From positions 320,001-384,000 of the forward strand of contig CBDIIB010000005.1 in assembly GCA_965279525.1 (NCBI GenBank): DNA of 64,000 bases, written 5' to 3'. This document shows, piece by piece, positions 1-9,736 of the stretch (within the stretch, counting starts at the first letter, position 1; every line of letters begins with the position of its first letter). The DNA comes from Tagaea sp. (lineage in GTDB: Bacteria > Pseudomonadota > Alphaproteobacteria > CACIAM-22H2). The position numbers and the translations under genes are program-made. Under the pieces are notes generated by a model that ran no database searches, was not told where the DNA came from, and saw only the letters and a program-made list of their open reading frames with translations.

Positions 1-1345
1 GATGTCCGCCACGCAAGGGCTCCGTTCCGCGGCTACGACCTGCGCCTGCCGGCGGAACCGGATGCCGAAATCACGCGCGTCGAGCCGGGCACGCCGGCAG
101 GCGAGTATCTGCGTCGTTTCTGGACACCGGTCGCGATGACATCCCAGCTTGGCGCCAAACCCGTTCCAATCCGCATCCTCGGTGAGGATCTCGTCGATCT
201 TCCGCGACGGCAGCGGCAATATCGGCCTGCTGCACCGGCACTGCGCGCACCGGCGTGCGTCCCTCGAGTTCGGACGCATCGAGCAGCGCGGGATCCGCTG
301 CTGCTATCACGGCTGGCATTTCGACGTCGACGGCACGATCCTGGAAACGCCGGGCGAGCCGGCGTCGAGTTCGATCTGCAAGTCCGTCTGCCAGCCGGCC
401 TATCCGGTGCGCGAGATGAAGGGCCTCGTCTTCGCCTTTATGGGCCCGCCGGACGACATGCCGGCCTTCCCTTATCTCGACTCGCTCGACCTGCCGGACC
501 ACGAGCTCATCCCCTACTCCATCCATTCGCCGTGCAACTGGCTGCAGGAGACCGAGAACGCGATCGATCCCTACCATTCGGTATTCCTGCACGGACGTGT
601 CAACGGTCCGCAGTTCCCCGGTCTCGAGCATTTCGTCGAGTTGCCTGTCGTCTCGTATTTCCGGCGCGAAGCCGGCATCGTCTACAGCCATGCGCGGCGC
701 GTCGGCGATCTCGTCATGCTTCGCTTCCACGACTACCTGATGCCGAACCTCGCGCAGAACGGCGGCATGTTCCAGCGGCTGGAGAAGCCCCAGTTTTTCG
801 GCCGCACGAGCCTGACCAAGTGGGTCGTGCCGATCGACAGCACGAACAGCCGGAAGTTCGGCTGGCGGCATTTCAACGACAAGGACGAAGTGCTGCGCCA
901 GGGCAAGCGCGACGAGGTCGGCTGGGAGACGGTCGATTTCTACGGCCAGACCGCGCACCGCCCCTACGAAGAGCGCCAGTCGAATCCCGGCGACTGGGAT
1001 GTCTGGGTCAGCCAGGGACCGATCGCGGTGCATTCGCGCGAGTATCTCGGGCGCACCGACGAAGGCATCGCGATGCTGCGCCGGCGGCTGCGCCGCGAGA
1101 TCCGCGCACTCGCTGAAGGCAAAAGCCCGGCACGCGCCGCTGGCGATGCAGACAATCCGTTCCCGACCTATGGCGGCGACACGGTGCTGCGTGTCGCCAA
1201 GACAAACGACGACGAAGCGACCATGAAAGCCGTGCAGAACCAGGTGGCGGAGATCTATTTCGCCGCCGACGGACTGAAGGGCGAGGCGCGGTCGGCGCGC
1301 ATCAAGGCCGACCTCAAGGCGAAATTCCCGGATTCGGCGAGCTAG
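1..1345 (+). CDS. Rieske aromatic ring-hydroxylating oxygenase alpha subunit (phthalate 4,5-dioxygenase-like); 5' end outside window; apparent +1 frameshift near 196
   Basis: Frame 1 from base 1 reads ...EPGTPAGEYLRRFWTPVAMTSQLGAKPVPIRILGEDLV and continues in frame 2 as IFRDGSGNIGLLHRHCAHR...CCYHGW (Rieske motif) and ENAIDPYHSVFLH (mononuclear Fe site). Confidence 0.8.
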
Positions 1346-3639
1346 TCGCGCGCGACGAACTTCGGCGGATCGAACGCCGCGATGCGTGCGAGCGGCCCGT
1401 CATGGCGTTCGATTTGGACCAGCGCGGACTGTGCTGCACAGCCTTGCGAGAGCTTCGACGAGGGCCGGTCGGCGGTGATCATGTTGGGATTGCCGTGGCG
1501 ATCGAGGGCGCCGATCACACCGGGCGTCTCGGGATCGTACCAGGCACCGGTCGCGATCTGGACGACACCGGGCCTCAACCCGTCCGTCACACGCGCCGCC
1601 GCAAGGAAGGCACCCCGGTCGTTGAAGACCCGCACGATGTCGTCGCTGCGGATCCCGCGGGCGGCCGCATCCACCGTTGCGATCGAGATCGGTTCGCGGC
1701 CATTGATCTTCGACTGAACGCTGATGCTGCCATGGTCGTACTGGCTGTGCAGCCGCGTCGCCGGCTGGTTCGACAGCAGATGCAGCGGAAAATGCTTGGC
1801 AAGCGGTGCACCCAGCCATTCCTCGGCCGGGCGCCACACCGCATGACCGGGGCAGTCTTCGTAGCCGAAGCCGGCGATCGTGTCGGAATGGAGCTCGATG
1901 CGCCCGGACGGCGTGGCAAGCGGTGTGGTTTGCGGATCGGCGCGGAAGGCGGCGAACAACGTGCGTTCGGCATCCCCGGGCGGCAGCTCGAAATAGTCCT
2001 CGCTCCAGAACCGGTCGAATTCGGGCAGATCGATTCCCTTCGCGTGGGCGGTCGCTCGTGATTCGTCATAGAGGACCCGCAGCCAGTCCTGCACCGTACG
2101 ACCGCACGTGAAGGCGGATTCGACATCGAGACGGCGTGCCAGCCCGGCGAAGATCGCGTAGTCGTCTCGCGCCTCGCCGACTGGCGCGACCGCCGACTTC
2201 ATCGCGACGAGGTACGCGTCGTCGCCGGCGGCCCCGATATCGTCGCGCTCCAGCGACGTCGTCGCCGGCAGGACGATGTCGGAGAACTTGGCCTGTGCGG
2301 TCCAGAACTGCTCGTGCACGATCGTCGTTTCCGGCCGCCGCCACGCCGCGACAAGCCGGTTGATGTCCTGGTGGTGGTGGAAGACGTTGCCGCCCGCCCA
2401 ATAGACGAGACGGATGTCGGGATAGACGCAGCGCTGGCCATTGTAGTCGAACGACGTTCCCGGCCCGAGCAGCATGTCGGCGATGCGCGCGACCGGGATG
2501 AATGCCTTTACCGGATTGTCGCCCTGCGGCAGGCGCGGACCGGCGAAGCCAGTCGTGCGAGCGCCCACGCCATTGATCGCCGCGTAGCCGAACCCGATTC
2601 CGCCGCCCGGCAGGCCGATCTGGCCGAGGATCGCGGCAAGCGTCACCGCGGCCCAATAAGGCTGCTCGCCGTGGCGCGCGCGCTGCAACGACCAGCTTAT
2701 CGCGATCATCGTGCGATTCGTCGCCATCTGGACGGCGAGTGCGCGGATACGCTCGGCGGATACGCCGGAGATTGTGCTTGCCCACTCGGCCGTCTTGGCC
2801 TGTCCGTCCTCGTGCCCCAGTAAATAGTCGATCACGCGTCCCGCACCGACACAGTGCGTCGCCAAAAAGGCCTTGTCGTGAAGGTCCCGCACGACGATCT
2901 CGTGCGCGAGTGCGATCATCACGCACGCGTCGGTGTTGGGTCGGATTGACAGCCACTCCGCGGACCCGTCGGCAAGATCGGCACGCGCCGGCGAGACGTT
3001 GACCAGGATCGCACCCGTGCCGGCAAGCCGCCGTATCCGCTCGGCGACGTCGTGGTCGCCCACACCGCCGGCATTGACCTGCGCATTCTTGATCGGCAGC
3101 CCGCCGAATGCCACGAGAACCCTGCAATGCCGTTCGAGGCTTTCCCATGCCGAGGCGTCGCGGTTCAGCGTCTCGACGGGTGCCAGGATGTGCGGCAGCA
3201 GCACGCGCGCGGCGCCAAGACTGTAACTGTCCATGTGCCGGACATAGCCGCCGACGCAGTTGAGGAAGCGGTGGATCTGGCTTTGCGCATGATGGAATCG
3301 CCCGGCGCTGGCCCAACCATACGAGCCGCCGAAGACCGCCGTGTTGCCGTGCGCTCCGATCGTGCCGCGCAGTGCCTGCGCGACGATGTCCAGCGCTTCG
3401 TCCCACGGCACCTCGACAAACGGCTCGCTGCCGCGCGCCTCCCGGCTTGCCGGACCGTTCGCGAGATAGCCCTTGCGGATCGCCGGCCGACGCACCCGCG
3501 CCGGTCCGTCGAGCGCGGCGGCCATCGACTGGCCAATCGGTGACGGCGAACGGTCGCGCTCGAACGGATCGAGACCCGCAAGCACGCCGTCGCGCACGCG
3601 CGTGCGGTAGATGCCCCAATGCGTCGACGTGAGGGCCAT
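1342..3639 (-). CDS. Molybdopterin-dependent oxidoreductase, biotin sulfoxide/TMAO/DMSO reductase (BisC/TorZ) family, no signal peptide
   Basis: THWG start, GGSYGWASAGRFHHAQSQ, YWAGGNVFHHHQD and RLHSQ motifs. Confidence 0.9.
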   Translation of the reverse strand: MALTSTHWGIYRTRVRDGVLAGLDPFERDRSPSPIGQSMAAALDGPARVRRPAIRKGYLANGPASREARGSEPFVEVPWDEALDIVAQALRGTIGAHGNTAVFGGSYGWASAGRFHHAQSQIHRFLNCVGGYVRHMDSYSLGAARVLLPHILAPVETLNRDASAWESLERHCRVLVAFGGLPIKNAQVNAGGVGDHDVAERIRRLAGTGAILVNVSPARADLADGSAEWLSIRPNTDACVMIALAHEIVVRDLHDKAFLATHCVGAGRVIDYLLGHEDGQAKTAEWASTISGVSAERIRALAVQMATNRTMIAISWSLQRARHGEQPYWAAVTLAAILGQIGLPGGGIGFGYAAINGVGARTTGFAGPRLPQGDNPVKAFIPVARIADMLLGPGTSFDYNGQRCVYPDIRLVYWAGGNVFHHHQDINRLVAAWRRPETTIVHEQFWTAQAKFSDIVLPATTSLERDDIGAAGDDAYLVAMKSAVAPVGEARDDYAIFAGLARRLDVESAFTCGRTVQDWLRVLYDESRATAHAKGIDLPEFDRFWSEDYFELPPGDAERTLFAAFRADPQTTPLATPSGRIELHSDTIAGFGYEDCPGHAVWRPAEEWLGAPLAKHFPLHLLSNQPATRLHSQYDHGSISVQSKINGREPISIATVDAAARGIRSDDIVRVFNDRGAFLAAARVTDGLRPGVVQIATGAWYDPETPGVIGALDRHGNPNMITADRPSSKLSQGCAAQSALVQIERHDGPLARIAAFDPPKFVARD

Positions 3640-3659
3640 CGCCGGCGGCCGGTCGCCGG

Positions 3660-4406
3660 TCAGGCGACGATCCGGCGCGGCAACGGAATGCTCTCGATTG
3701 GAATATCCCCGAAGCGGGCATAGCCCTCCGCCAGCGGCAGCTCGCGTGCGACGATCATTCCGTCGCCCTGAACGCCGAATGTCGGGTCGAGCATGCGCCG
3801 GCCCTTGCCGCCCGGCGGATCGAACGTCCAGTCCTGGAAGCCGAGAATGTAGAAGTTCAGCATCACGGCGGGTCTGTCGTCGGCACAGAACCAGTGCGCG
3901 TTACGCGAGACCTCGGTGGTTTCGAACCGGTCGCCGATGCCGAACCACCGGTCGGTACGCGTGCGCAGCAGGATGGTGTCCGGTCCAAGTCGCGCCACGC
4001 GATCCCATTCGCGCGCGTAGACGCGGCCGTGCAGAACGACCTGGGTTGAAATCAGGTTGTGATGGCAATGCGGCGGATGGACCTCGTGCGGCTCGAGATA
4101 GAGGAGCTGCATCGTCCACGACTTGTCCGGCGTGGTCTTCTGGTTGAGGATCTGGTCCTTGCGCTCGGCGAGTGCACGTTCGATCCATGGCTTCAGCTCG
4201 ACCGGCAGGTCGATGCTGCGATGGAGATCGCGGATCCGATCGATATAGTCGTCGGGCGTGATCTCGCGTCGCCCGAGCCGCTCGATCTCCACCTGCGCGT
4301 CCGTCCAGAGCCGCTCCCGGTACATGTCGACGTCCGGCAGGACGGCACCGGCGCGCGTGTTCATCTTGACGAGCTTGCCCGTCGCCGTCCTGATTTCGCC
4401 AGCCAT
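3660..4406 (-). CDS. Cupin-fold protein, thiol dioxygenase (cysteamine/cysteine dioxygenase)-like
   Basis: HPPHCHHNLISTQVVLHG...NAHWFCADDRPAVMLN three-His pattern; ATG at 4406 preceded by an AAGGA RBS. Confidence 0.6.
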   Translation of the reverse strand: MAGEIRTATGKLVKMNTRAGAVLPDVDMYRERLWTDAQVEIERLGRREITPDDYIDRIRDLHRSIDLPVELKPWIERALAERKDQILNQKTTPDKSWTMQLLYLEPHEVHPPHCHHNLISTQVVLHGRVYAREWDRVARLGPDTILLRTRTDRWFGIGDRFETTEVSRNAHWFCADDRPAVMLNFYILGFQDWTFDPPGGKGRRMLDPTFGVQGDGMIVARELPLAEGYARFGDIPIESIPLPRRIVA

Positions 4407-4428
4407 CGTCCGGTCCTTCCGTAGTGCT

Positions 4429-5652
4429 TCAGTCGGGGTCCGCACCGAGCATCGTTTCGACAAGCATGCGCTGGAAATGGTGAACGTTCTTCTCCCACAC
4501 AGGCGAGAAGACGACCTTGTCGGCAACCGGCGACTGGCGCGCGATCTGCTGCTGTTCCCAGATCTTCATGTCCTGGCTGCGGATGCCGCCATAGTCGCGC
4601 AGGATGCCGGTTTCACCGAGCCAGCGCGACAGCGTCTTCTTGCGCTGCGGTGCGAACGCCGGATCGGTCGCGGCATCCCCTACGAAGAAGAAACCCATCT
4701 TCGATACGGTCCTGTCGGCTGCCGTCGGTGCGGCGATCACCGACGCCAGATGGTCGGACTGCAGTGTCAGCGTCATGTTCGGGAAGACCACGCTCGTGCA
4801 GCGCACGCGTTTCTTGCCCTCGGGGAACGGGATCAGCGGCAGGTCGCCGGCACCCGGGTAGAAATCCTGATCGCCGCGCCGCTTCAAGGTGACGACGGTC
4901 CCCAGCGGGATCGGCTCGGCGACCGGTTGGCCCGTGGCGAGATCGAGATCGTCCGAGATCTTCGTGAAGACGTTCTTGTGGACCCAGACGTGGTGGTACG
5001 TCTCCCAGTTGTCGTTCTGCATCTTCCAGTTTCCGCGCCATTCCCAGTCCTCGCGGTGGGCCATGCGCGTGGCGCCGATGTCCGCACCCTGGATGAGGTC
5101 GTCGAGCGGCCGCACATGCTCGGCGAACGGGGCAGCATTGGCGTCGATATTGATGAAGACCCAGTGGTGCCACACGGCTGTGCGGACGGGAATGAGGCCC
5201 AGCGCCGAAAGATCGAGATTGGTACGGCTGTTACCTTCTTTGGTGCCGTCGAAATAGGGCGTCGACTTGAGGCGCCCGTCGAGGTCGTAGGCCCACGCAT
5301 GATAGGGGCACGCGAACTGCTTCAATTTGGTGCAGGGCTCGGTCACCATCAGGGCAGCCCGGTGCCGGCACACGTTGTGGAAGACGCGGATCTGGCCGGC
5401 GCGGTCGCGGACGAGGATGAGCGGCAATCCTGCCGCCATGAGCGGGATTGCATCGCCCGGCTCCGGCACGTCGCTGGCGAATGCCAGGCACATCCAGGTG
5501 CGTGCAAATAGCTGCTTTTGCTCGATCTTGAAAAACACGTCGCTCGTATAGGCGACCGCCGGGAGGCCGCAGGCCTCGGCGATCGGCTTTCGCAGCGCCG
5601 CGATCGCCTCTTGCCCGAGAATGTCCGTTACCGTCGGTCCTGCAAGCGCCAT
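4429..5652 (-). CDS. Rieske non-heme iron oxygenase alpha subunit (choline monooxygenase/betaine demethylase-like)
   Basis: NVCRHR...CPYHAW Rieske motif; NWKMQNDNWETYHHVWVH catalytic motif. Confidence 0.88.
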   Translation of the reverse strand: MALAGPTVTDILGQEAIAALRKPIAEACGLPAVAYTSDVFFKIEQKQLFARTWMCLAFASDVPEPGDAIPLMAAGLPLILVRDRAGQIRVFHNVCRHRAALMVTEPCTKLKQFACPYHAWAYDLDGRLKSTPYFDGTKEGNSRTNLDLSALGLIPVRTAVWHHWVFINIDANAAPFAEHVRPLDDLIQGADIGATRMAHREDWEWRGNWKMQNDNWETYHHVWVHKNVFTKISDDLDLATGQPVAEPIPLGTVVTLKRRGDQDFYPGAGDLPLIPFPEGKKRVRCTSVVFPNMTLTLQSDHLASVIAAPTAADRTVSKMGFFFVGDAATDPAFAPQRKKTLSRWLGETGILRDYGGIRSQDMKIWEQQQIARQSPVADKVVFSPVWEKNVHHFQRMLVETMLGADPD

Positions 5653-5840
5653 CAGGTCCTCTTCCAGATCGTTGACACTATGCCAAAAGCGGACCAGTGC
5701 TGCCTGGAATTTTTATCTCCGGTCCAAGTCGAATCCGCGTGCGGCTGGTCTGTTATTTGCTCATCATCTTCGGTGACGACAATGCCCCCGCGCCCCGGAT
5801 GTAACGAGACCTCCATGCGTATCCCGAGCAGGAGACGTCG

Positions 5841-6695
5841 ATGAAAGCGCGCTGGCATTTCGTTCTCGTGCCGTCGCTGCTGCTGACGCTTTTCCTGCTG
5901 CTCAGCTCGCAGATCGCCTTCCTGCGCGGCAGCTTCTTCAAGGACCTCCGCCTCGGACGCCTCGGGACGGAACTTACGGCGGAGAACTATGCCCGTTTCT
6001 TCACGGACAGCCTCTATCTCGACTCGCTGCTGCTGACGATCCGCCTTTCCGCGACCGTCGCGATTCTCACGCTCGCGATCGGCTACCCGGTCGCCTACAT
6101 CCTCGCGCGCATGCGCTCGCGCTGGTCTCTCGCGCTGCTGGCGGCGATCATCGCCGCTTCGTTCATCACGATCGTCATCAAGGTCCTCGGCCTGATCATC
6201 ATCTTCTCGAGCGGCGGTACGCTGAACCGGTTGCTTCTCGGCTCCGGCCTGCTCGAGCGGCCGCTGACGATCATGGGCGAACCGTCCGGTGTCGTCGTGG
6301 GGCTCATGCATTTCACGATGGGTTTCGCCGTGCTGCTCCTCTACGGCGTCATCCGGACGATCCCGCGCTCGCTCGAGGAGGCGGCCGAAATCCACGGTGC
6401 GCCGCGCTGGCGCGTCTTCCTGCGCATCGTCGTGCCGCTCAGCCTGCCCGGCATCGTCGTGACGGCCCTGATCGTCTTCAACCTTTGCATGGGCGCGTTC
6501 ACGTCGGCGGCCCTGATCGGCGGCGGCAAGGTGTTCACGCTGCCGGTCCTCATCCAGCAGACGGTGATCATGCAGACACGCTACGCGATGGGTGCGACGG
6601 TCTCAGCCGTCCTGATGACGGCGACGCTGCTCATCAACGGGCTCTCGGTCCTGATCATGGCGCGCTTCGACCGGCGTCGCGGGATGGTCGCATGA
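5841..6695 (+). CDS. ABC transporter permease (PotB-like)
   Basis: Multiple TM helices; EAA loop LEEAAEIHGA. Confidence 0.88.
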   Translation: MKARWHFVLVPSLLLTLFLLLSSQIAFLRGSFFKDLRLGRLGTELTAENYARFFTDSLYLDSLLLTIRLSATVAILTLAIGYPVAYILARMRSRWSLALLAAIIAASFITIVIKVLGLIIIFSSGGTLNRLLLGSGLLERPLTIMGEPSGVVVGLMHFTMGFAVLLLYGVIRTIPRSLEEAAEIHGAPRWRVFLRIVVPLSLPGIVVTALIVFNLCMGAFTSAALIGGGKVFTLPVLIQQTVIMQTRYAMGATVSAVLMTATLLINGLSVLIMARFDRRRGMVA

Positions 6696-7531
6696 ACCGC
6701 TATCGTGCCATCGCGGCTTGCCGCAAGGCGGCGTCCGGCTTCTGGCTGTTCGGCGTATTCGTGTTCCTGTTTGCGCCACTCGTCGTCGTCGTGGGTGCGT
6801 CGTTCGACGGCGGCGAACGGACATTCCTAAACTTCCCGCCGCGCGAGATCTCGTTCCGCTGGTACGGCCGGATCAGCCCGGAACTTTTCGAAGCACTCGG
6901 CCTCAGCATCGCACTGGGCTTCATCACCGCGGCGATCGCCTGCCTCGTCGGCGTTCCGGCGGCACTCGGCCTCGTGCGCGCCCAGTTCCCCGGCAAGGCG
7001 ATCGTCGCCGCCGCGTTCCGCGCCCCCCTGCAGATTCCCGCCGTCGTCACCGGCGTTTCGTTCCTGAAGCTCTACTACCTGATCGGCGATGCGACGGGCT
7101 TCTACATGGTCGGCACGCTGCCGGGCCTCGTGGTCGCGCACAGCTTCCTGGCCACGCCATACGTGATCGGGACGGTCTCGGCCGTGCTGCAACGCTTCAA
7201 CACGCGCCTCGAAGAGGCGGCTCTCAGCCTTGGCGCCACCCGATGGCGGACGTTCAAGCGCGTGACACTGCCGGTGATCATGCCGGGCGTATACGCCGGC
7301 GCGATGTACGCCTTTCTCGTCTCGTTCGGCGACGTACCCGTCGCCCTCTTTCTCGGGTCGAGCGGCATGCAGCCTTTCGCCGCGAAGATCTTCCACCTGA
7401 TGGAGTTCGACTTCGATCCCACGCTTCTTGCCATCTCGACCTTCATAATCTTCGGCTCGCTTGCGGCGATCTACCTGCTGCAACGCGCCGTCGGACTCGA
7501 AGAACTCAGCCGCTCGAGCGGCGGCAACTGA
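6692..7531 (+). CDS. ABC transporter permease (PotC-like)
   Basis: ATGA overlap with the upstream stop; LEEAALSLGA EAA loop. Confidence 0.88.
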   Translation: MNRYRAIAACRKAASGFWLFGVFVFLFAPLVVVVGASFDGGERTFLNFPPREISFRWYGRISPELFEALGLSIALGFITAAIACLVGVPAALGLVRAQFPGKAIVAAAFRAPLQIPAVVTGVSFLKLYYLIGDATGFYMVGTLPGLVVAHSFLATPYVIGTVSAVLQRFNTRLEEAALSLGATRWRTFKRVTLPVIMPGVYAGAMYAFLVSFGDVPVALFLGSSGMQPFAAKIFHLMEFDFDPTLLAISTFIIFGSLAAIYLLQRAVGLEELSRSSGGN

Positions 7532-7559
7532 TCCCCCTTTCTCTTCCAGGAGAACTCCG

Positions 7560-8645
7560 ATGACCAATTTCGACAGACGGCAGATCCTGACTGGCATCGC
7601 GGCGACGGGTATCGGACTGGCAGCCGGCTCGCGCGGCGCCGTCGCCCAGCAACCCCGCTTCGACGGTGTCACGCTTCGCGTGGCGACCTTCGGCGGCGGC
7701 TGGGACCGGGCGGTCCACAAATACGCAGGCGTGAAACTCGAAGCGCTCGGCGCGAAAGTCGAGTACGTGACGGCGCCGCCGCGCGACAATCTTGCCAAGC
7801 TGATCGCCGCGAAGGGACGTCCGGCACCCTTCGACGTCGTCGAGATGGGCGACCTCACATGGGTCGACACCTACGATGCCGGCTTCCTCCAGAAGATCGA
7901 TCTTGCGAACGTGCCCAACCGCAGGGACCTGCTGCCCTCGCAGTCCGACGAGTGGAAGGTCGCGAGCTGGGTCACGCAGGAAGGCATCGTCTACAACACC
8001 GAGAAGTTTGCGGCCAACGGCATTCCGAAGCCGGAGCGCTACAAGGATCTCCTCAATCCCAAACTTGCCGGCAAGCTTGCCCTGATCGACATCACCCAGG
8101 CCGGCGCCTCGCAGCTGATCGTCGGTGCCGCGATGGACGAAGGCGGCAGCATGACCGATATCGAGCCGGCCCTGCGCTTCGTCAAGGCAGCCAATCCGTT
8201 CCAATTCTGGAAGGTCGGCGCGCAGGCGGTGACACTGATGAACTCGGGCGACATCTGGGCCTCGACCATGCATGCGGGCTTTGCCGTGCAGATGCGCCGG
8301 GCTGGCCTGCCGGTCGCCTTCTCGCACCCGAAGATCGGCCCGACCAAGCGGGGGCTACTCAAGGAAGGCTGGCTCGGCGTGGTCAAGGGCACGCCGGTGG
8401 CGCGCGCGGCCGAGTTCTTCATCAACGAGTACGTGTCCGACGAGACCCAGTTCGGCCTCGCGACGGAGCGCGGTGTCGTGCCGGTGAACGGAAAATCCCG
8501 CGCCAAGCTTGCCGGCGATCCGCTGCTGAAGGAAATGTTCCTGCTCAGCGATGCCGAGGTCGGCAACATGGTGTCGGTCGACTTCAACGTGTTCAACCTC
8601 GACGATGCGACTCAGCGCTGGGCGCGCACCGTCAGCTCGCGCTGA
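7560..8645 (+). CDS. ABC transporter substrate-binding protein (PotD/PotF-like), Tat signal
   Basis: MTNFDRRQIL twin-arginine signal; ATFGG and GIVYNTEK motifs; AGGAGA RBS. Confidence 0.88.
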   Translation: MTNFDRRQILTGIAATGIGLAAGSRGAVAQQPRFDGVTLRVATFGGGWDRAVHKYAGVKLEALGAKVEYVTAPPRDNLAKLIAAKGRPAPFDVVEMGDLTWVDTYDAGFLQKIDLANVPNRRDLLPSQSDEWKVASWVTQEGIVYNTEKFAANGIPKPERYKDLLNPKLAGKLALIDITQAGASQLIVGAAMDEGGSMTDIEPALRFVKAANPFQFWKVGAQAVTLMNSGDIWASTMHAGFAVQMRRAGLPVAFSHPKIGPTKRGLLKEGWLGVVKGTPVARAAEFFINEYVSDETQFGLATERGVVPVNGKSRAKLAGDPLLKEMFLLSDAEVGNMVSVDFNVFNLDDATQRWARTVSSR

Positions 8646-8658
8646 AGCGGAAAGAAGC

Positions 8659-9642
8659 GTGCGGATCGCGGTTGTCGGAGCCGGTGCCATCGGCAGCTCG
8701 ATCGCGCACGCGCTTGCCCACGCCGGGTGCGATCCCGTGCTCGTGGCGCGCGGGGCAGCGGCGGCTGCCATCGCGCGCGACGGCCTGCTGGTCGAACGGT
8801 TCGGCGAGTCCCAGAAGTCGCGGCCACGGGTCGTCGAGGATACGCGGGGCATCGAGCCGTTCGATGCCGTCATCGGAACACTGAAGGCACAGGACTGGGC
8901 CGCCGCGGTGCCGTTGATGAAGCCGCTTGTCGGACCGGAGACCTGCCTTGTCCCGGCAATCAACGGGATTCCCTGGTGGTACTTCCAGCGCTCGGGTGGC
9001 GCCCTGGAAGGAACGCGCCTTGGCTGCCTCGATCCGGAAGGCCTGCTCGAAGCCGGATTTCCGGCATCCTGTCTGGTCGGTGGCGTCGTCTACATGGCAG
9101 CGACACGGCTTGCCCCGGGCCGGATCGACTGGCCCACGGGCAAGCGGCTCGTGCTGGGCGAGATCGGCCGCGAAACCGGCACGCGCGTGCCGGCACTTGC
9201 CGCGGTCCTGCGCTCGGCGGGCATGGAAATCGACGAAAGCGCCGACATCCGGCATGCGCTCTGGATGAAGCTCCTCGGCAATGCGGGGTTCAACACGCTC
9301 TCGGCGCTTGCCGGTGCCACGATCTCGGACATCCTTGACGATCCAGACCTTCGTGCCGTCTGTGCCGAAACGATGAAAGAACTGATCGCGGTCGCCGCAG
9401 CCATCGGCGTCGATATCGACATATCGATCGACGTGCGGCTCGAAGCTGCCCGCCGGCTTGGCGATTTCCGGACATCGACGTTGCAGGACTTCGATGCCGG
9501 CCGGCCGCTCGAGACGGCGGCCCTCGTCGAGGCGCCCTGCGAAATCGGGCGGCTTGCCGGCGTCCCTACGCCTGTCCTTTCCACGCTCGGCAGGTTGTTG
9601 CGCAATGCCGTCGCCCGGCGCGATCGGGCGACGGGCGCATGA
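8659..9642 (+). CDS. Ketopantoate reductase (PanE/ApbA) family 2-oxoacid reductase
   Basis: RIAVVGAGAIG Rossmann motif; NGIPWWYF, WMKLLGN and TSTLQDFDAGRPLE motifs. Confidence 0.88.
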   Translation: MRIAVVGAGAIGSSIAHALAHAGCDPVLVARGAAAAAIARDGLLVERFGESQKSRPRVVEDTRGIEPFDAVIGTLKAQDWAAAVPLMKPLVGPETCLVPAINGIPWWYFQRSGGALEGTRLGCLDPEGLLEAGFPASCLVGGVVYMAATRLAPGRIDWPTGKRLVLGEIGRETGTRVPALAAVLRSAGMEIDESADIRHALWMKLLGNAGFNTLSALAGATISDILDDPDLRAVCAETMKELIAVAAAIGVDIDISIDVRLEAARRLGDFRTSTLQDFDAGRPLETAALVEAPCEIGRLAGVPTPVLSTLGRLLRNAVARRDRATGA

Positions 9643-9736
9643 ATCCCGTACCGACGCGCGCCACCGAAACTAATTCGACAAGCCGGCCATGCCACCTTAC
9701 CGTGATGCCGATCGCGACGACATCGGTGCCACGCGT

